Part shown: positions 1 to 9,772 of the stretch, piece after piece
Layout: each line of letters begins with the position of its first letter
How positions within the stretch are numbered: position 1 is the stretch's first letter
Origin: an uncultured candidate division Zixibacteria bacterium
GTDB taxonomy: Bacteria > Zixibacteria > MSB-5A5 > GN15 > FEB-12
Reading direction: 5' to 3'
Assembly (NCBI GenBank): GCA_963664195.1
Contig: OY760907.1
Span: 736,001-800,000, forward strand
DNA length: 64,000 nucleotides
Notes under the pieces: model-generated
What the model saw: the letters and a program-made list of their open reading frames with translations, nothing else
Databases searched by the model: none
Told to the model about the DNA's origin: nothing
Made by a program: the position numbers and the translations under genes

Positions 1-296
1 TCTGATGTCTCACTTTCTTTCAGGTTCAGGACAATAGCGTCGCCTCTGAGAATCGCTTCCACCACCCGCTTTCGACCACTCTTCAGCAACCGCTGGACAG
101 TCCCGCGAGAGACTCCCATCCTCTCCCCGGCCGTTTGCTGATCGAGATCGTCGACATCGCACAAACGCATCGCCTCGAACTGATCCGCACCCAGCAGAGT
201 GGTGCCGATAAGCCCCATTGCCACGCCCTGTGGCTTGTAGATGCAGTCCGCTGTATCGCGGCGGCAGCAGCGGTGTTTTCTCGGACGAGCCATCAT
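1..296 (-). CDS. DUF134/UPF0251 family predicted DNA-binding protein (3' end runs off the window)
   Basis: Hand translation, not in the ORF track: MMARPRKHRCCRRDTADCIYKPQGV...QFEAMRLCDVDDLDQQTAGERMGVSRGTVQRLLKSGRKRVVEAILRGDAI. Shows the RPRK, YKP.G and EAMRL..GVSRGT HTH pattern; GAGG RBS upstream. Confidence 0.85.
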   Translation of the reverse strand, partial: MMARPRKHRCCRRDTADCIYKPQGVAMGLIGTTLLGADQFEAMRLCDVDDLDQQTAGERMGVSRGTVQRLLKSGRKRVVEAILRGDAIVLNLKESETS

Positions 297-310
297 TCCT
301 CACGTTATTT

Positions 311-324
311 TGTGCATATGCACA
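311..324. promoter_or_regulatory. Perfect 14-bp palindrome TGTGCATATGCACA, candidate operator of the DUF134 gene
   Basis: Palindrome about 15 nt upstream of the DUF134 start; operator role is inferred. Confidence 0.55.
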
Positions 325-417
325 GAACGAGTATCGTGATAATGCGGCTGTTTGTCAAGAGGGAGAATGCGTTGGTTGGCGAGGTATCCTTGGCGGGCAC
401 AAGTCAACGAACGGCAC

Positions 418-451
418 AAAAAAACGGACAGCCGAAGAGACTGTCCGTTTT
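418..451 (-). terminator. Intrinsic terminator downstream of the PEP-CTERM gene
   Basis: AAAAAAACGGACAG-ccgaagaga-CTGTCCGTTTT hairpin with A/T tracts on both sides. Confidence 0.75.
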
Positions 452-467
452 CATCAGTCAAGATAGA

Positions 468-1121
468 CTATTTTCTGTTCTTCCGTCTGCGCAGGTAACC
501 CGCGCCCGCCAGACCAACCCCAAAGAGCAGCATGGTGGCAGGTTCCGGGACCGGGTTGGCGGTGACGCCAAAGACCATGTCGTTGTAGTCATAGTCCGGA
601 CCCGCGCCGCCGTCGTCGACATACACCAGATAGTCAAAATCGCCGTGGAAACTGAACCGTTGATTTCCGTTAGTGAAACTGAATTCAGTGTTTTCTCCCC
701 TGAGATCGCTCACATCGTACACCATGAACGGCTGAAACGGTGCAGCATCGCAGGAGTACAGGTGACTTGGGCTGCCGTTTGGGGACAACCACAATCCAAC
801 GTCGGTCCCCGCAGTAATCCGAGTAGTCGCCTGAAGCGGAGACTGATCCGGTCCGCTGAACACAATCGTTTCGTCGCTGCGGCCTTCCAGGTCGGTGTAG
901 AATCCAACCGCGTTGCGACCGGCCCATCCGGCGTTTTCGTGGATCAACGACCAGGTCTGTTGAGACGAGGTGAAATTCATCGTGATGTTGTCATAGTCGG
1001 GGTCACCGACGTTGCGAAAGAAGGAGTTGCCATTCGCTGACAGAGCAGGCAACGCCAGCACCTGACCTGCTATAAGCAGTGAGCCCATCAGGCCAATGAA
1101 AACCAGTGTTTTGCTTTTCAT
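468..1121 (-). CDS. PEP-CTERM sorting-domain surface protein (DUF4114-like DxDYNDMVF motif)
   Basis: Signal peptide; C-terminus VPEPATMLLFGVGLAGAGYLRRRKNRK. Start 1121 follows GGAGA; alternative start 1133. Confidence 0.9.
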   Translation of the reverse strand: MKSKTLVFIGLMGSLLIAGQVLALPALSANGNSFFRNVGDPDYDNITMNFTSSQQTWSLIHENAGWAGRNAVGFYTDLEGRSDETIVFSGPDQSPLQATTRITAGTDVGLWLSPNGSPSHLYSCDAAPFQPFMVYDVSDLRGENTEFSFTNGNQRFSFHGDFDYLVYVDDGGAGPDYDYNDMVFGVTANPVPEPATMLLFGVGLAGAGYLRRRKNRK

Positions 1122-1192
1122 GCGCTCTCCCATATATCGTAGTGCGTTTTTTTGTCTTAGTTACCGACCGTGGTCATGTCCAGACTCTTTCC

Positions 1193-1209
1193 TGCACATC
1201 TCATGCCAA
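1193..1209 (-). promoter_or_regulatory. Sigma-54 (-24/-12) promoter of the PEP-CTERM gene
   Basis: Minus strand TTGGCATGAGATGTGCA = GG-N10-GC. PEP-CTERM genes are commonly sigma-54 controlled. Confidence 0.75.
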
Positions 1210-1438
1210 AACCAACCAAACTTCTAGTCATTGCACCACAAGGGATTACCATTGGCACATGACGTTCCACTGTGCAGGAATCTGCGTCTAATGATATGCG
1301 TCACAGTACGCCCCAGAATCTGTCGGCGGGCAAGCGGTTCACCGGAACAGCGAGGCGGCCCTGATAGTTACAGTTTTTGGTGCAGCAGTGGAAACTCCGA
1401 TACTGCACGGCTACAAGCAACGAAGAGGAGACAAGCAG

Positions 1439-1924
1439 ATGCCGAAAGCGACCTTTGCCGCAGGATGTTTCTGGGGGATCGAGGCCATGTTCCGCAAAAT
1501 CGACGGAGTCAGTGCAACAGTTGTCGGTTACACCGGCGGAGTGCTGGACAATCCGACATACGAAGACGTCTGTTCCGGGGAGACCGGGCACGCCGAGGCA
1601 GTTGAGATAGAGTTCGATCAGACCAAGGTGAGCTATGCGCAGCTCCTCGACCTGTTCTGGAGCAAACATGATCCGACCACTCTGAATCGACAGGGGCCGG
1701 ATGTAGGTACTCAATATCGCTCGGCGGTGTTCTTCCACGATCCCCAGCAGGAGAAAACGATCCACGAGTCAATAAAGAAACTCGAAGCGGAAAAGCGATT
1801 CAGGAATCATATTGTGACAGAGGTTCTTCCCGCTTCGAAATTCTACCGGGCCGAAAACTACCACCAGCAATACTACGAGAAACGTGGTCTGGCCACCTGC
1901 CGTATCAAACCGAAGAAGACCTGA
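1439..1924 (+). CDS. msrA: Peptide-methionine (S)-S-oxide reductase
   Basis: [31 protein letters not shown] and AENYHQQY motifs; GAGGAG RBS. Confidence 0.97.
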   Translation: MPKATFAAGCFWGIEAMFRKIDGVSATVVGYTGGVLDNPTYEDVCSGETGHAEAVEIEFDQTKVSYAQLLDLFWSKHDPTTLNRQGPDVGTQYRSAVFFHDPQQEKTIHESIKKLEAEKRFRNHIVTEVLPASKFYRAENYHQQYYEKRGLATCRIKPKKT

Positions 1925-2008
1925 CACCAGCGCACTGCCTCGGCTAACTCCTTGCCGAGAGCAGAAGTTGGCGCTACATTAAGCGCTCACCCCAGGGTAC
2001 GGAGTTGC

Positions 2009-2631
2009 ATGAGCGCGCTGGAAATTATCTATGTCGGCACCGGGGGGATTGTCTTCCTGTTGACCGCGATCTTCGTTTGGAGTTGCTGTCGCGAACGTAA
2101 ATCAAGAGCCGCTCTGCTCGGATCACTTCTGCTGCTTGTATTCACTGTTGCCTGGTCTGGATACTTCATCCTGTTTTCCGCATCGTCCGCCGCTCTGCTG
2201 ATGCCGGTGAGTTTGATAGCCATCTTCTCCTTGCTTTTCTTTTCCCCGTTGGGAAAAACCAGTTCGCTCAAAATAGGCAAGATTACTGAGAAGATCGACG
2301 AGCGCGATGTCATGTTCGCCCGCGAGGAATACCAGCCGGGAACAGACAAGTACGAGCAATACTACGCTGCCCGTCCGGAGCTATTCCCCTGAACGAGAAG
2401 ACAAACGTTCGCGGCGTCGAAAAGTGGCCGACAACCGTCGAGCAATGCATCAGGTATTGGCGTATTGTCGGCACTGACTGCGCCCTGTGCATGAAGGTCT
2501 GCCCCTACAGCCATCCGCCCACATTGGTACACAATCTGGTACGCGCCGGCATCCGGCGCTCTTCGTTTGCACGCACCGTCTCGGCCTGGGCCGATGATTT
2601 CCTCTACGGCCGTAAGGTCAAGATTGATTGA
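2009..2631 (+). pseudogene. Reductive-dehalogenase-like membrane-anchored 4Fe-4S protein with a large internal deletion and frameshift
   Basis: Frame A (2009-2392): TM helices then IDERDVMFAR...YYAARPEL. Frame B (2368-2631): CPSGAIP...RGVEKW...CIRYW..GTDCALCMKVCPY. The central domain is absent. Confidence 0.75.
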
Positions 2632-2747
2632 CCGGCCAACAGCCTAGCTTTCTGTTTCCTTCTGCTCGTTATAGAGCTTGCAGTGAGCCTCGTCTCATAG
2701 TAAACTTCTCGCATTGAACAGCGACCACACCCAGAGGAAGGAATCCC

Positions 2748-4427
2748 GTGGCAGAGAAATTCATCTTTCACATGTTGGGCGTAAACAAATCCTACGGCCA
2801 CAAGCAGGTGCTGAAGAACATCAATCTGAGTTTCTTCCCCGGCGCTAAGATCGGCATCGTCGGCGAAAACGGTTCCGGTAAAACGACCGTCCTAAAAATC
2901 ATGGCCGGTCTGGACAGAGAGTTCCAGGGCGAAGCGGTTATCACGCCGGGTTACAAGTCTGGAATCGTCCTGCAGGAACCGGAACTCGACGACACCCTGA
3001 CCGTCCATGAAACCGTCGAGTCAGCTTTCGGAGAGACCAAGGCTTTGCTCGATGAATACAACAAGATCACCGACAGCCTGGCCGAACCTATGGGGGACGA
3101 TGAAATGCAGGCTGCCATGGATCGTATGGGCGAGTTGCAGGACAAACTGGACACGATCGATGCCTGGAATCTGGATCAGCATATCAGTCTTGCCGGTAAC
3201 GCTCTCTGTCTGCCGGAGGATGATCGGATTGTCGGCACTCTGAGCGGCGGCGAACGCCGTCGCGTAGCCCTCTGCAAAGCCCTGTTGGAGAAACCGGATC
3301 TGCTGCTACTCGACGAGCCGACCAACCATCTCGACCCGGAAACGGTTGAATGGCTGGAAGAACAGCTTCGCGAATACCCCGGCACGGTCATAATCGTGAC
3401 GCACGATCGCTACTTCCTCGACAACATCACCAAATGGATCCTGGAGTTGGACAACGGTCATGGTGTTCCGTGGGAGGGCAACTACTCTTCCTGGCTGGAA
3501 CAGAAGTTGGGCAAGCTGGCGACTCAGGAAAAGAGAGAATCGCCGCGCGCCAAAGCTCTCGAACGAGAATTGGCCTGGATTCGCATGAGTCGCGGCGACC
3601 GCAACGAGAAGGCACGGGAGAGAATTCGCGAATATGAACAACTCGTGGCCAGAGGAAGCGCCAAGGCGGCCAGAAAAGACAACACGGTCATCCAAATCGC
3701 ACCGGGTCCGGATCTCGGCAGCCAGGTTATCGAGTTTGAAGCGGTCGGCAAGGCGTTCGATGACAACCTGTTGTTCAAGGATCTGGATTTCATCGTCCCC
3801 CGTTCGGCTGTGGTCGGACTGGTGGGTCCCAACGGTACCGGGAAAACCACTATGTTCCGGATGCTCACCGGCGAGGAATCCTCCGACAGCGGCAAGATCA
3901 CTATCGGCCAGACGGTGAGCATGGCGTATGTCGATCAGGGCCGTGAACTTCAGGACGATGTCAGCCTGTTGGACGAGATCGGTGGCGGAGCCTCAGAAAT
4001 CGTGATAGGCACTCAGAGTGTACCGATCCGTCAATACCTCTCACGCTTTGGTTTCAAAGGCGCCGATCAACAGAAAGCCGCAACCGATCTATCCGGAGGC
4101 GAGCGAAACCGCTGTCATCTGGCCAAGATTCTGAAAGTCGGGGGAAACGTCCTGCTGTTGGATGAGCCAACCAACGACCTCGATGTCAACACTCTCCGTA
4201 TGCTCGAAGAAGCCGTAATGGACTTCTCCGGCTGTGTGCTGGTGATTAGCCACGACCGATTCTTCCTGGATCGTATCTGCACCCATTTGCTGGTGTTCGA
4301 AGGTCAGGGGAAAGTCCGCTGGTACGAGGGGAATTTCTCCGAGTATCAGGAATGGCGGCAAAAGGAATTGGGCGGCAAGCTCTTCGAAAACCGTCGCAAC
4401 CGATACCGGAAGATCGTCAAGGGGTAG
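2748..4427 (+). CDS. ettA: ABC-F ATPase, energy-dependent translational throttle EttA
   Basis: Two ABC domains (GENGSGKT, LSGGERRR; GPNGTGKT, LSGGERNR), no TM segments; N-terminal LSFFPGAKIG. Confidence 0.92.
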   Translation: MAEKFIFHMLGVNKSYGHKQVLKNINLSFFPGAKIGIVGENGSGKTTVLKIMAGLDREFQGEAVITPGYKSGIVLQEPELDDTLTVHETVESAFGETKALLDEYNKITDSLAEPMGDDEMQAAMDRMGELQDKLDTIDAWNLDQHISLAGNALCLPEDDRIVGTLSGGERRRVALCKALLEKPDLLLLDEPTNHLDPETVEWLEEQLREYPGTVIIVTHDRYFLDNITKWILELDNGHGVPWEGNYSSWLEQKLGKLATQEKRESPRAKALERELAWIRMSRGDRNEKARERIREYEQLVARGSAKAARKDNTVIQIAPGPDLGSQVIEFEAVGKAFDDNLLFKDLDFIVPRSAVVGLVGPNGTGKTTMFRMLTGEESSDSGKITIGQTVSMAYVDQGRELQDDVSLLDEIGGGASEIVIGTQSVPIRQYLSRFGFKGADQQKAATDLSGGERNRCHLAKILKVGGNVLLLDEPTNDLDVNTLRMLEEAVMDFSGCVLVISHDRFFLDRICTHLLVFEGQGKVRWYEGNFSEYQEWRQKELGGKLFENRRNRYRKIVKG

Positions 4428-4546
4428 AACCCCACCGGTCAGCCACCAAATACCCTCTATGTCTGTCTATATATGGTGAGCGCCGGGGTTCCATCCCCGG
4501 CGCATCAACCGATCCCTCGTCCAAACAAAACTCCAACCGCTTCTGT

Positions 4547-4573
4547 TCAGTTTTCGCACAGACCTGCCGATAC
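4547..4573 (+). promoter_or_regulatory. Candidate sigma-28 (FliA) promoter
   Basis: TCAG-N15-GCCGATAC about 40 nt upstream of the PAS-LuxR gene. Confidence 0.5.
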
Positions 4574-4612
4574 CACTACATGTCAGCGAGACGATTCAAA
4601 TGGGGTTAGGAA

Positions 4613-5659
4613 ATGGAAAAAACGGGCAAGATCAGGGGCAGCCAGCTCAAGTTCAGCAGATCGACATCTGAGACTCGGCGGAATTCCGTCTGCCAGGCAA
4701 CCTGTGCGGCAACGGGAAAGTCGCGGTTGAATCCGAAGTCTCCCGCGGAAGACAGCGCCGCCAACGAAAGGGTTGCGCCGGGAAGCCCTCTCGTGTCAGA
4801 ACACTGCTTCGCAGATATCGTTGACTTCCTTCCCGATCCGACCTTCGCCATTAATCTCGCCGGAGAGGTCATCGCCTGGAATCACGCGATGGAGAAGCAC
4901 AGCGGTTGGAGGGCGGAGGAAGTCCTCGGCAAGGGCAACTATGTGTACGCCCTCCCCTTCTATAACGAACGGCGCCCGATTGTGATCGATCTCGTCCTCG
5001 CATCACATCCAGAGACCGAGAAACTGTACTCTCGCATCGAACGGGACGGGAACGCGTTGTTAACCGAGGTGAAGATTCCACAGGCGGGCGATAATCGTTG
5101 CCATCTCAGCGTCAAAGCATCTCCCCTGTATGATCAAAAGGGTGAAATCGTGGGGGCGATTGAAACCACGCGGGATATGACGCCTCGCATACGGGCAGAG
5201 GAAGACAGGATCCTCGCCATCGCCGAACTTGAGCGCGAACGGGCGACCTTGAAGGACAAGAACACTGCGCTCAAGGAGATGTTGTCGCAAATAGAAGAAG
5301 AGAAGAAGCGCATCATGAAGGAAACGCAATCCAACGTCGACCGGATTGCAACCCCCCTGCTGCTATCGCTCAGAGAGACCTGTCAAGACTCTGATCGGAA
5401 CAAGATAGATTTGCTGACCGATTGTCTCAACCAGATTACGGCGCCGTTTGTTCGCTCTCTCGAGACCAAGTTTGGGACACTCTCGCCGCGCGAATTACAG
5501 ATATGCAATATGGTCAAGAGCGGGCTGTCCTGCAAAGAGATAGCAGCAACGCTGAACACCTCGGTGAATACGGTCATGAATCAGCGCCAGCGAATCCGTC
5601 GCAAACTCGGGCTGGAGAGCAACAAGGTCAATCTGACCACCTTCTTGCAGGGAATGTAA
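4613..5659 (+). CDS. PAS-domain LuxR/GerE-family transcriptional regulator
   Basis: PAS/PAC (FLPDPTFAINLAGEVIAWN...KASPLYD..GEIVGAIE), coiled coil, C-terminal LSPRELQICNMVKSGLSCKEIA HTH. Confidence 0.9.
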   Translation: MEKTGKIRGSQLKFSRSTSETRRNSVCQATCAATGKSRLNPKSPAEDSAANERVAPGSPLVSEHCFADIVDFLPDPTFAINLAGEVIAWNHAMEKHSGWRAEEVLGKGNYVYALPFYNERRPIVIDLVLASHPETEKLYSRIERDGNALLTEVKIPQAGDNRCHLSVKASPLYDQKGEIVGAIETTRDMTPRIRAEEDRILAIAELERERATLKDKNTALKEMLSQIEEEKKRIMKETQSNVDRIATPLLLSLRETCQDSDRNKIDLLTDCLNQITAPFVRSLETKFGTLSPRELQICNMVKSGLSCKEIAATLNTSVNTVMNQRQRIRRKLGLESNKVNLTTFLQGM

Positions 5660-5992
5660 CTATCCGGGGGCGCTTATGGGGGCTATCCGATCAACTACTC
5701 TGAATAGTGGACATGTAGTGCTTCTTCGATTGTCCAGAAGATGAATTCCAAAGTCGACAATCCTGGTATTGGCAACAGCCAGGACTTCGGAGCCGAACAT
5801 CGCCGGATCCTGCCGCTGATAGTTGAAGCAAAAGGGGCTGAGAGTGACGAACGAACGAACGGTACCACAGAGAACATCCGAAGAAGACTCCAGTGAGTTG
5901 ACCACCTCTGTGGATAGCATCGCAGGCGCGGACCGAAATCCTGCGACTCAACGAAGAACACACATGCATTGCAATAGATAGGGAGGCGTGGG

Positions 5993-8062
5993 ATGAGTTG
6001 GAAGAATCTCAAGATCGCTTACAAGCTGTATATGGGTTTTGGAATCGTGTTGATTCTGGCCGCGGCCGTGGGATATGTCGGTTATGACGGTCTGCACTCG
6101 GTGACAGGCGCCGTGGCAAACGCCAAAGATGCCACTCAGATGATAGAGTGGTCTAAGGATATGGGTATCCAGCGCGTCGCCTACGCTCAGGACAAGAAGC
6201 CGGAGCGGTTCGACGCTGTCGAGGGCAAATGCGGCGAGATGTTTGCCCTGATGGGCAAGCTCGAATCTCGACTGAGCGACTCCGATGATCTCAGTCTGAT
6301 GAGCAACGCCCGGAGGACCAACCAGGCTTATCTGGACGGGTGGAGCAACTGGGTACAGATCACCAATGAAACTTCTGAGGCAATGAGGTCTATCACGGCC
6401 GATGCCAATGTCGCCCAGACAGAGTTCTTTGCACTAACCGCTGCGTTGAAGACACAATTGTCCGACGAAGTGGCCAACGGGTCCAGCCACGCTGACCTGG
6501 CTATTACTGTCACCCGCAGCAATGCCGCAGGCAGTATGCTTGCCAACTACCTCGATTTCCGAGTTGCCTATCGCAACTACCTGATCTACAGCGACAAAAA
6601 GTATGTCGAACAGATGTACGGACTCATGGACAACATCGTCGCCGAGGCAGGCAAAATCGACGAGGCCACGGAGGATGCAAAAGGAAAAGCTCAGTTGCAA
6701 ACCATCGTGACCGCGTCCAACGGTATCGCCTCGTCCCTGGGGATTGTGGTAGCCAAGACGGATCAATCGTTTGAGACGGCCAATATGCTTGCGAACACTG
6801 CCGGCGAACTTGTCTCGGTACTCGACCAGATAGGCACCCGTCAGACCGAAAACATGAAATCCGCCGAAAGTGCGGCTATAACGATGGCCGTGAGTTTCGT
6901 CACCGGCGCCATTCTGCTGGGCGCTTTCATTGCCTTCATAATCGCCCGCGGCATATCCAATCCGGTTTCCCGGATGGCGTACGTCGCCAAACAGATATCC
7001 AGCGGCGATATCGAACACGACATTGATTTGAGTTCCAAGGACGAAATCGGCGTCCTCGCCGCGGCTTTCCGGGACCTTATCGGCTACATGAGAAATCTTG
7101 CAGCAGCAGCCGAAAGCATTGCGGCCAACGATCTCACAATACAGGTCGAGGTCAAATCCGAAAAAGACGTGCTTGGCAATTCGTTCAAGACCATGACCGC
7201 CAACCTGACAGGTATGATTCGTCAGCTCACCGACAATGCGGGACAACTGGTGTCGGCCGCAAGCGAAATCGCCTCCTCTTCTGAGCAGATGTCGCGCGGT
7301 GCGAACGATCAAACCGGGCAGATGTCCCAGATTTCGACTGCTGTCGAAGAGATGACAGCCACTATTGTTGAGTCTTCCAGAAACGCAGGCGACGCTACCG
7401 ACGCGTCTAATACGGCCGCATCAACCGCCACCGAGGGCGGTGAGATCGTCGCCGAGACAATTCAGGGCATGCAGCGCATCGCAGCTACCGTGCGTGAATC
7501 GGCCGACTCCATCGCTAAACTGGCCAATTCCGCCGATCAGATCGGCGAAATCGTGAGCGTCATCGACGACATCGCCGATCAGACCAACCTGCTAGCTCTG
7601 AACGCTGCCATTGAGGCCGCCCGGGCAGGTGAGCAGGGACGCGGCTTTGCAGTAGTCGCCGATGAAGTCCGCAAGCTTGCGGAACGTACCGGCAAGGCCA
7701 CCGGCGAGATCACTGACATGATTAAGGGCATCCAGGACGAGACTCACGAGGCCGTCCAATCAATGGAAGCCGGTACCGCCGAGGTCGATAACGGGCGTGA
7801 TCTGGCTGACAAAGCCGGTACCAGCCTGAGCGAAATCGTCTCCGTCTCGCAGAGAGTTATGGATATGATTCGCCAGATTGCTACCGCTGCCGAGGAACAG
7901 TCCGCGGCCGCCGAGCAGATTTCGAAGAATGTCGAACAGGTTACAGCGATTACTCGTGAAACCGCCACAGGTGCCGAACAGTCTGCCACCGCAGCCGAGG
8001 AACTGAATCGTCAGGCCGAAGGCATGCAGGAAATGGTGAAGCAGTTCAAGATCGTGCACTAG
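5993..8062 (+). CDS. Methyl-accepting chemotaxis protein (helical periplasmic sensor, HAMP)
   Basis: Two TM helices, [41 protein letters not shown]. Confidence 0.96.
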   Translation: MSWKNLKIAYKLYMGFGIVLILAAAVGYVGYDGLHSVTGAVANAKDATQMIEWSKDMGIQRVAYAQDKKPERFDAVEGKCGEMFALMGKLESRLSDSDDLSLMSNARRTNQAYLDGWSNWVQITNETSEAMRSITADANVAQTEFFALTAALKTQLSDEVANGSSHADLAITVTRSNAAGSMLANYLDFRVAYRNYLIYSDKKYVEQMYGLMDNIVAEAGKIDEATEDAKGKAQLQTIVTASNGIASSLGIVVAKTDQSFETANMLANTAGELVSVLDQIGTRQTENMKSAESAAITMAVSFVTGAILLGAFIAFIIARGISNPVSRMAYVAKQISSGDIEHDIDLSSKDEIGVLAAAFRDLIGYMRNLAAAAESIAANDLTIQVEVKSEKDVLGNSFKTMTANLTGMIRQLTDNAGQLVSAASEIASSSEQMSRGANDQTGQMSQISTAVEEMTATIVESSRNAGDATDASNTAASTATEGGEIVAETIQGMQRIAATVRESADSIAKLANSADQIGEIVSVIDDIADQTNLLALNAAIEAARAGEQGRGFAVVADEVRKLAERTGKATGEITDMIKGIQDETHEAVQSMEAGTAEVDNGRDLADKAGTSLSEIVSVSQRVMDMIRQIATAAEEQSAAAEQISKNVEQVTAITRETATGAEQSATAAEELNRQAEGMQEMVKQFKIVH

Positions 8063-8538
8063 GGCGCAGGACTGAATTAGACAGAAAAGTGCTTGTTCTC
8101 CCATTGCACGGCGGGCGGGTGATCGACAGATTGCCTCCCGCCCGCGAACAGGCACCGGCATAAAAATCCCCATTGTCTCGTACGGCGCGCGGATTCTTCC
8201 GATCTTATCCGCGCGCCACCTCTTCTTGGGCCAGTCGGCCCCTTCTGATACCTGAACACCGTTCAGAAGTGTTCAAGTTTTGAACGACTTTCTTCCAATC
8301 GAGATACCTGTGCTCAGAATTGACAGTATAGCTCGCCACCAACCCTCTCGTCTTTACCATATGCGCCGACAAGAGTTGGCATAGGGCTGGAGCACACTCG
8401 GTTAAGAACGTGTTCATCCGGGCATCCTACAATACAGACATCGTACCGCGAGCGAACAGGTCCTATCGTGACCCAAACAGACTAGTACATTTGTATCAAC
8501 ACTAATGATGCACAACCAAGGAGACAAGGAGGAAGACC

Positions 8539-9708
8539 ATGTCATCCAGGCACTATTTGGGAATCATCATGTTGGGGCTGCTTGTCATCGTTTCATCGGT
8601 GATAGCAGGAGACAAGCCAAGCATGGAGATTAACTGGTACGGCTACGTCAAGCTTGACGCGTCGTACGATCAAAATCCGACCAGCCACGGCAATTTCGCC
8701 ATGTGGGTCCTGCCGGGAACTCAGGCACAAAACGCGCCGCAGTTCAACATGACCCACAAGTCATCCCGATTCGGATTCGCGGCCAAAGAGTCAGGCGATT
8801 CCGATACGAAGGTCGGCGGGAAAATCGAATTCGACATGTACGGTGGCGGTGGCACCGAGAACAAGGCGCTCCTGTTGCTCAGACATGCATACTTCACGGT
8901 GCAGTCCGGCAACCTCAAACTGCTCGCGGGACAGAGTTGGGATTTGATCGCTCCGCTGAACCCGTCGACACTGAACTACCCGGTCCTCTGGGGAGCAGGT
9001 AACATTCAGTATCGACGTCCGCAGGTGAGCTTGTTCTACACCATGAATCCCTCCAATTCAACCAGTATGACGTGGGCCGGCGGTGTTTTCCGCACAATCG
9101 GCAACGACCTTACGCCCACCTTCACCCTCGCCACCGGGGAAACTTCGGACGGCGTCGATGACGGCACAGATGCCGCTATTCCGTCGGTGCAGGGACTGCT
9201 CGACGTCAAGCACAAATTCGGCTCTGGCGCTTCCGTTCGTGCCGGTGTTTCCGGACTGTACGGCCGTCTGAAATCAGAGACCAGTCTCGGCAATTCGCAG
9301 ACGTACGAGTCATGGGCAACTGTCGGTCACCTGGCAGTCAGTTTCGCCAACGGCATGGGTTTCTCCGGCGAAGCATGGATGGGATCAAACCTCGGCTCCT
9401 ACTTCGGCAGCATCCTCAATACAAACCGCATCGATGGTCTGGCATCCAAGGGTGGATGGACCTCGGCCTGGGTGAAGCCTCACTCAAAGGTCAAGCTCAC
9501 GGTCGGCGGCAGCATGGATGATCCGGACGACGCGGATCTGAGCAGCGGGAACCGATCGCGCAACCAGGCGATCTTCGGGAACATCAAATACAATCTCGTC
9601 CAGCGAGTGACTATCGGACTGGAAGTGACACAGTGGGAGACGAAGTACAAAGACGCGGCCACGTCGAAAGCGACCCGTGTCGAGTCTTCGTTCATAATGA
9701 ACTTCTAG
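8539..9708 (+). CDS. Outer-membrane porin (DcaP-like beta-barrel)
   Basis: Signal peptide; YGYVKLD, SRFGF, GKIEFD, LRHAY and AGQSWD motifs; terminal Phe. Confidence 0.75.
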   Translation: MSSRHYLGIIMLGLLVIVSSVIAGDKPSMEINWYGYVKLDASYDQNPTSHGNFAMWVLPGTQAQNAPQFNMTHKSSRFGFAAKESGDSDTKVGGKIEFDMYGGGGTENKALLLLRHAYFTVQSGNLKLLAGQSWDLIAPLNPSTLNYPVLWGAGNIQYRRPQVSLFYTMNPSNSTSMTWAGGVFRTIGNDLTPTFTLATGETSDGVDDGTDAAIPSVQGLLDVKHKFGSGASVRAGVSGLYGRLKSETSLGNSQTYESWATVGHLAVSFANGMGFSGEAWMGSNLGSYFGSILNTNRIDGLASKGGWTSAWVKPHSKVKLTVGGSMDDPDDADLSSGNRSRNQAIFGNIKYNLVQRVTIGLEVTQWETKYKDAATSKATRVESSFIMNF

Positions 9709-9772
9709 ACGCTCACTCAAAATGCTGACAATCGGACAAAAAAGAAATTTCAAATCGCAAGGAGGAATCGCG

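Noticed and set aside
135..1040. 301-aa + strand ORF and similar long shadow ORFs (25507-26262, 33915-34802, 40150-40962, 54776-55753)
   Set aside because: They are antisense to well-supported genes and have no recognisable motifs.
8376..8393. Sigma-54 promoter upstream of the porin
   Set aside because: TTGGCAT is present but there is no GC at the -12 position.
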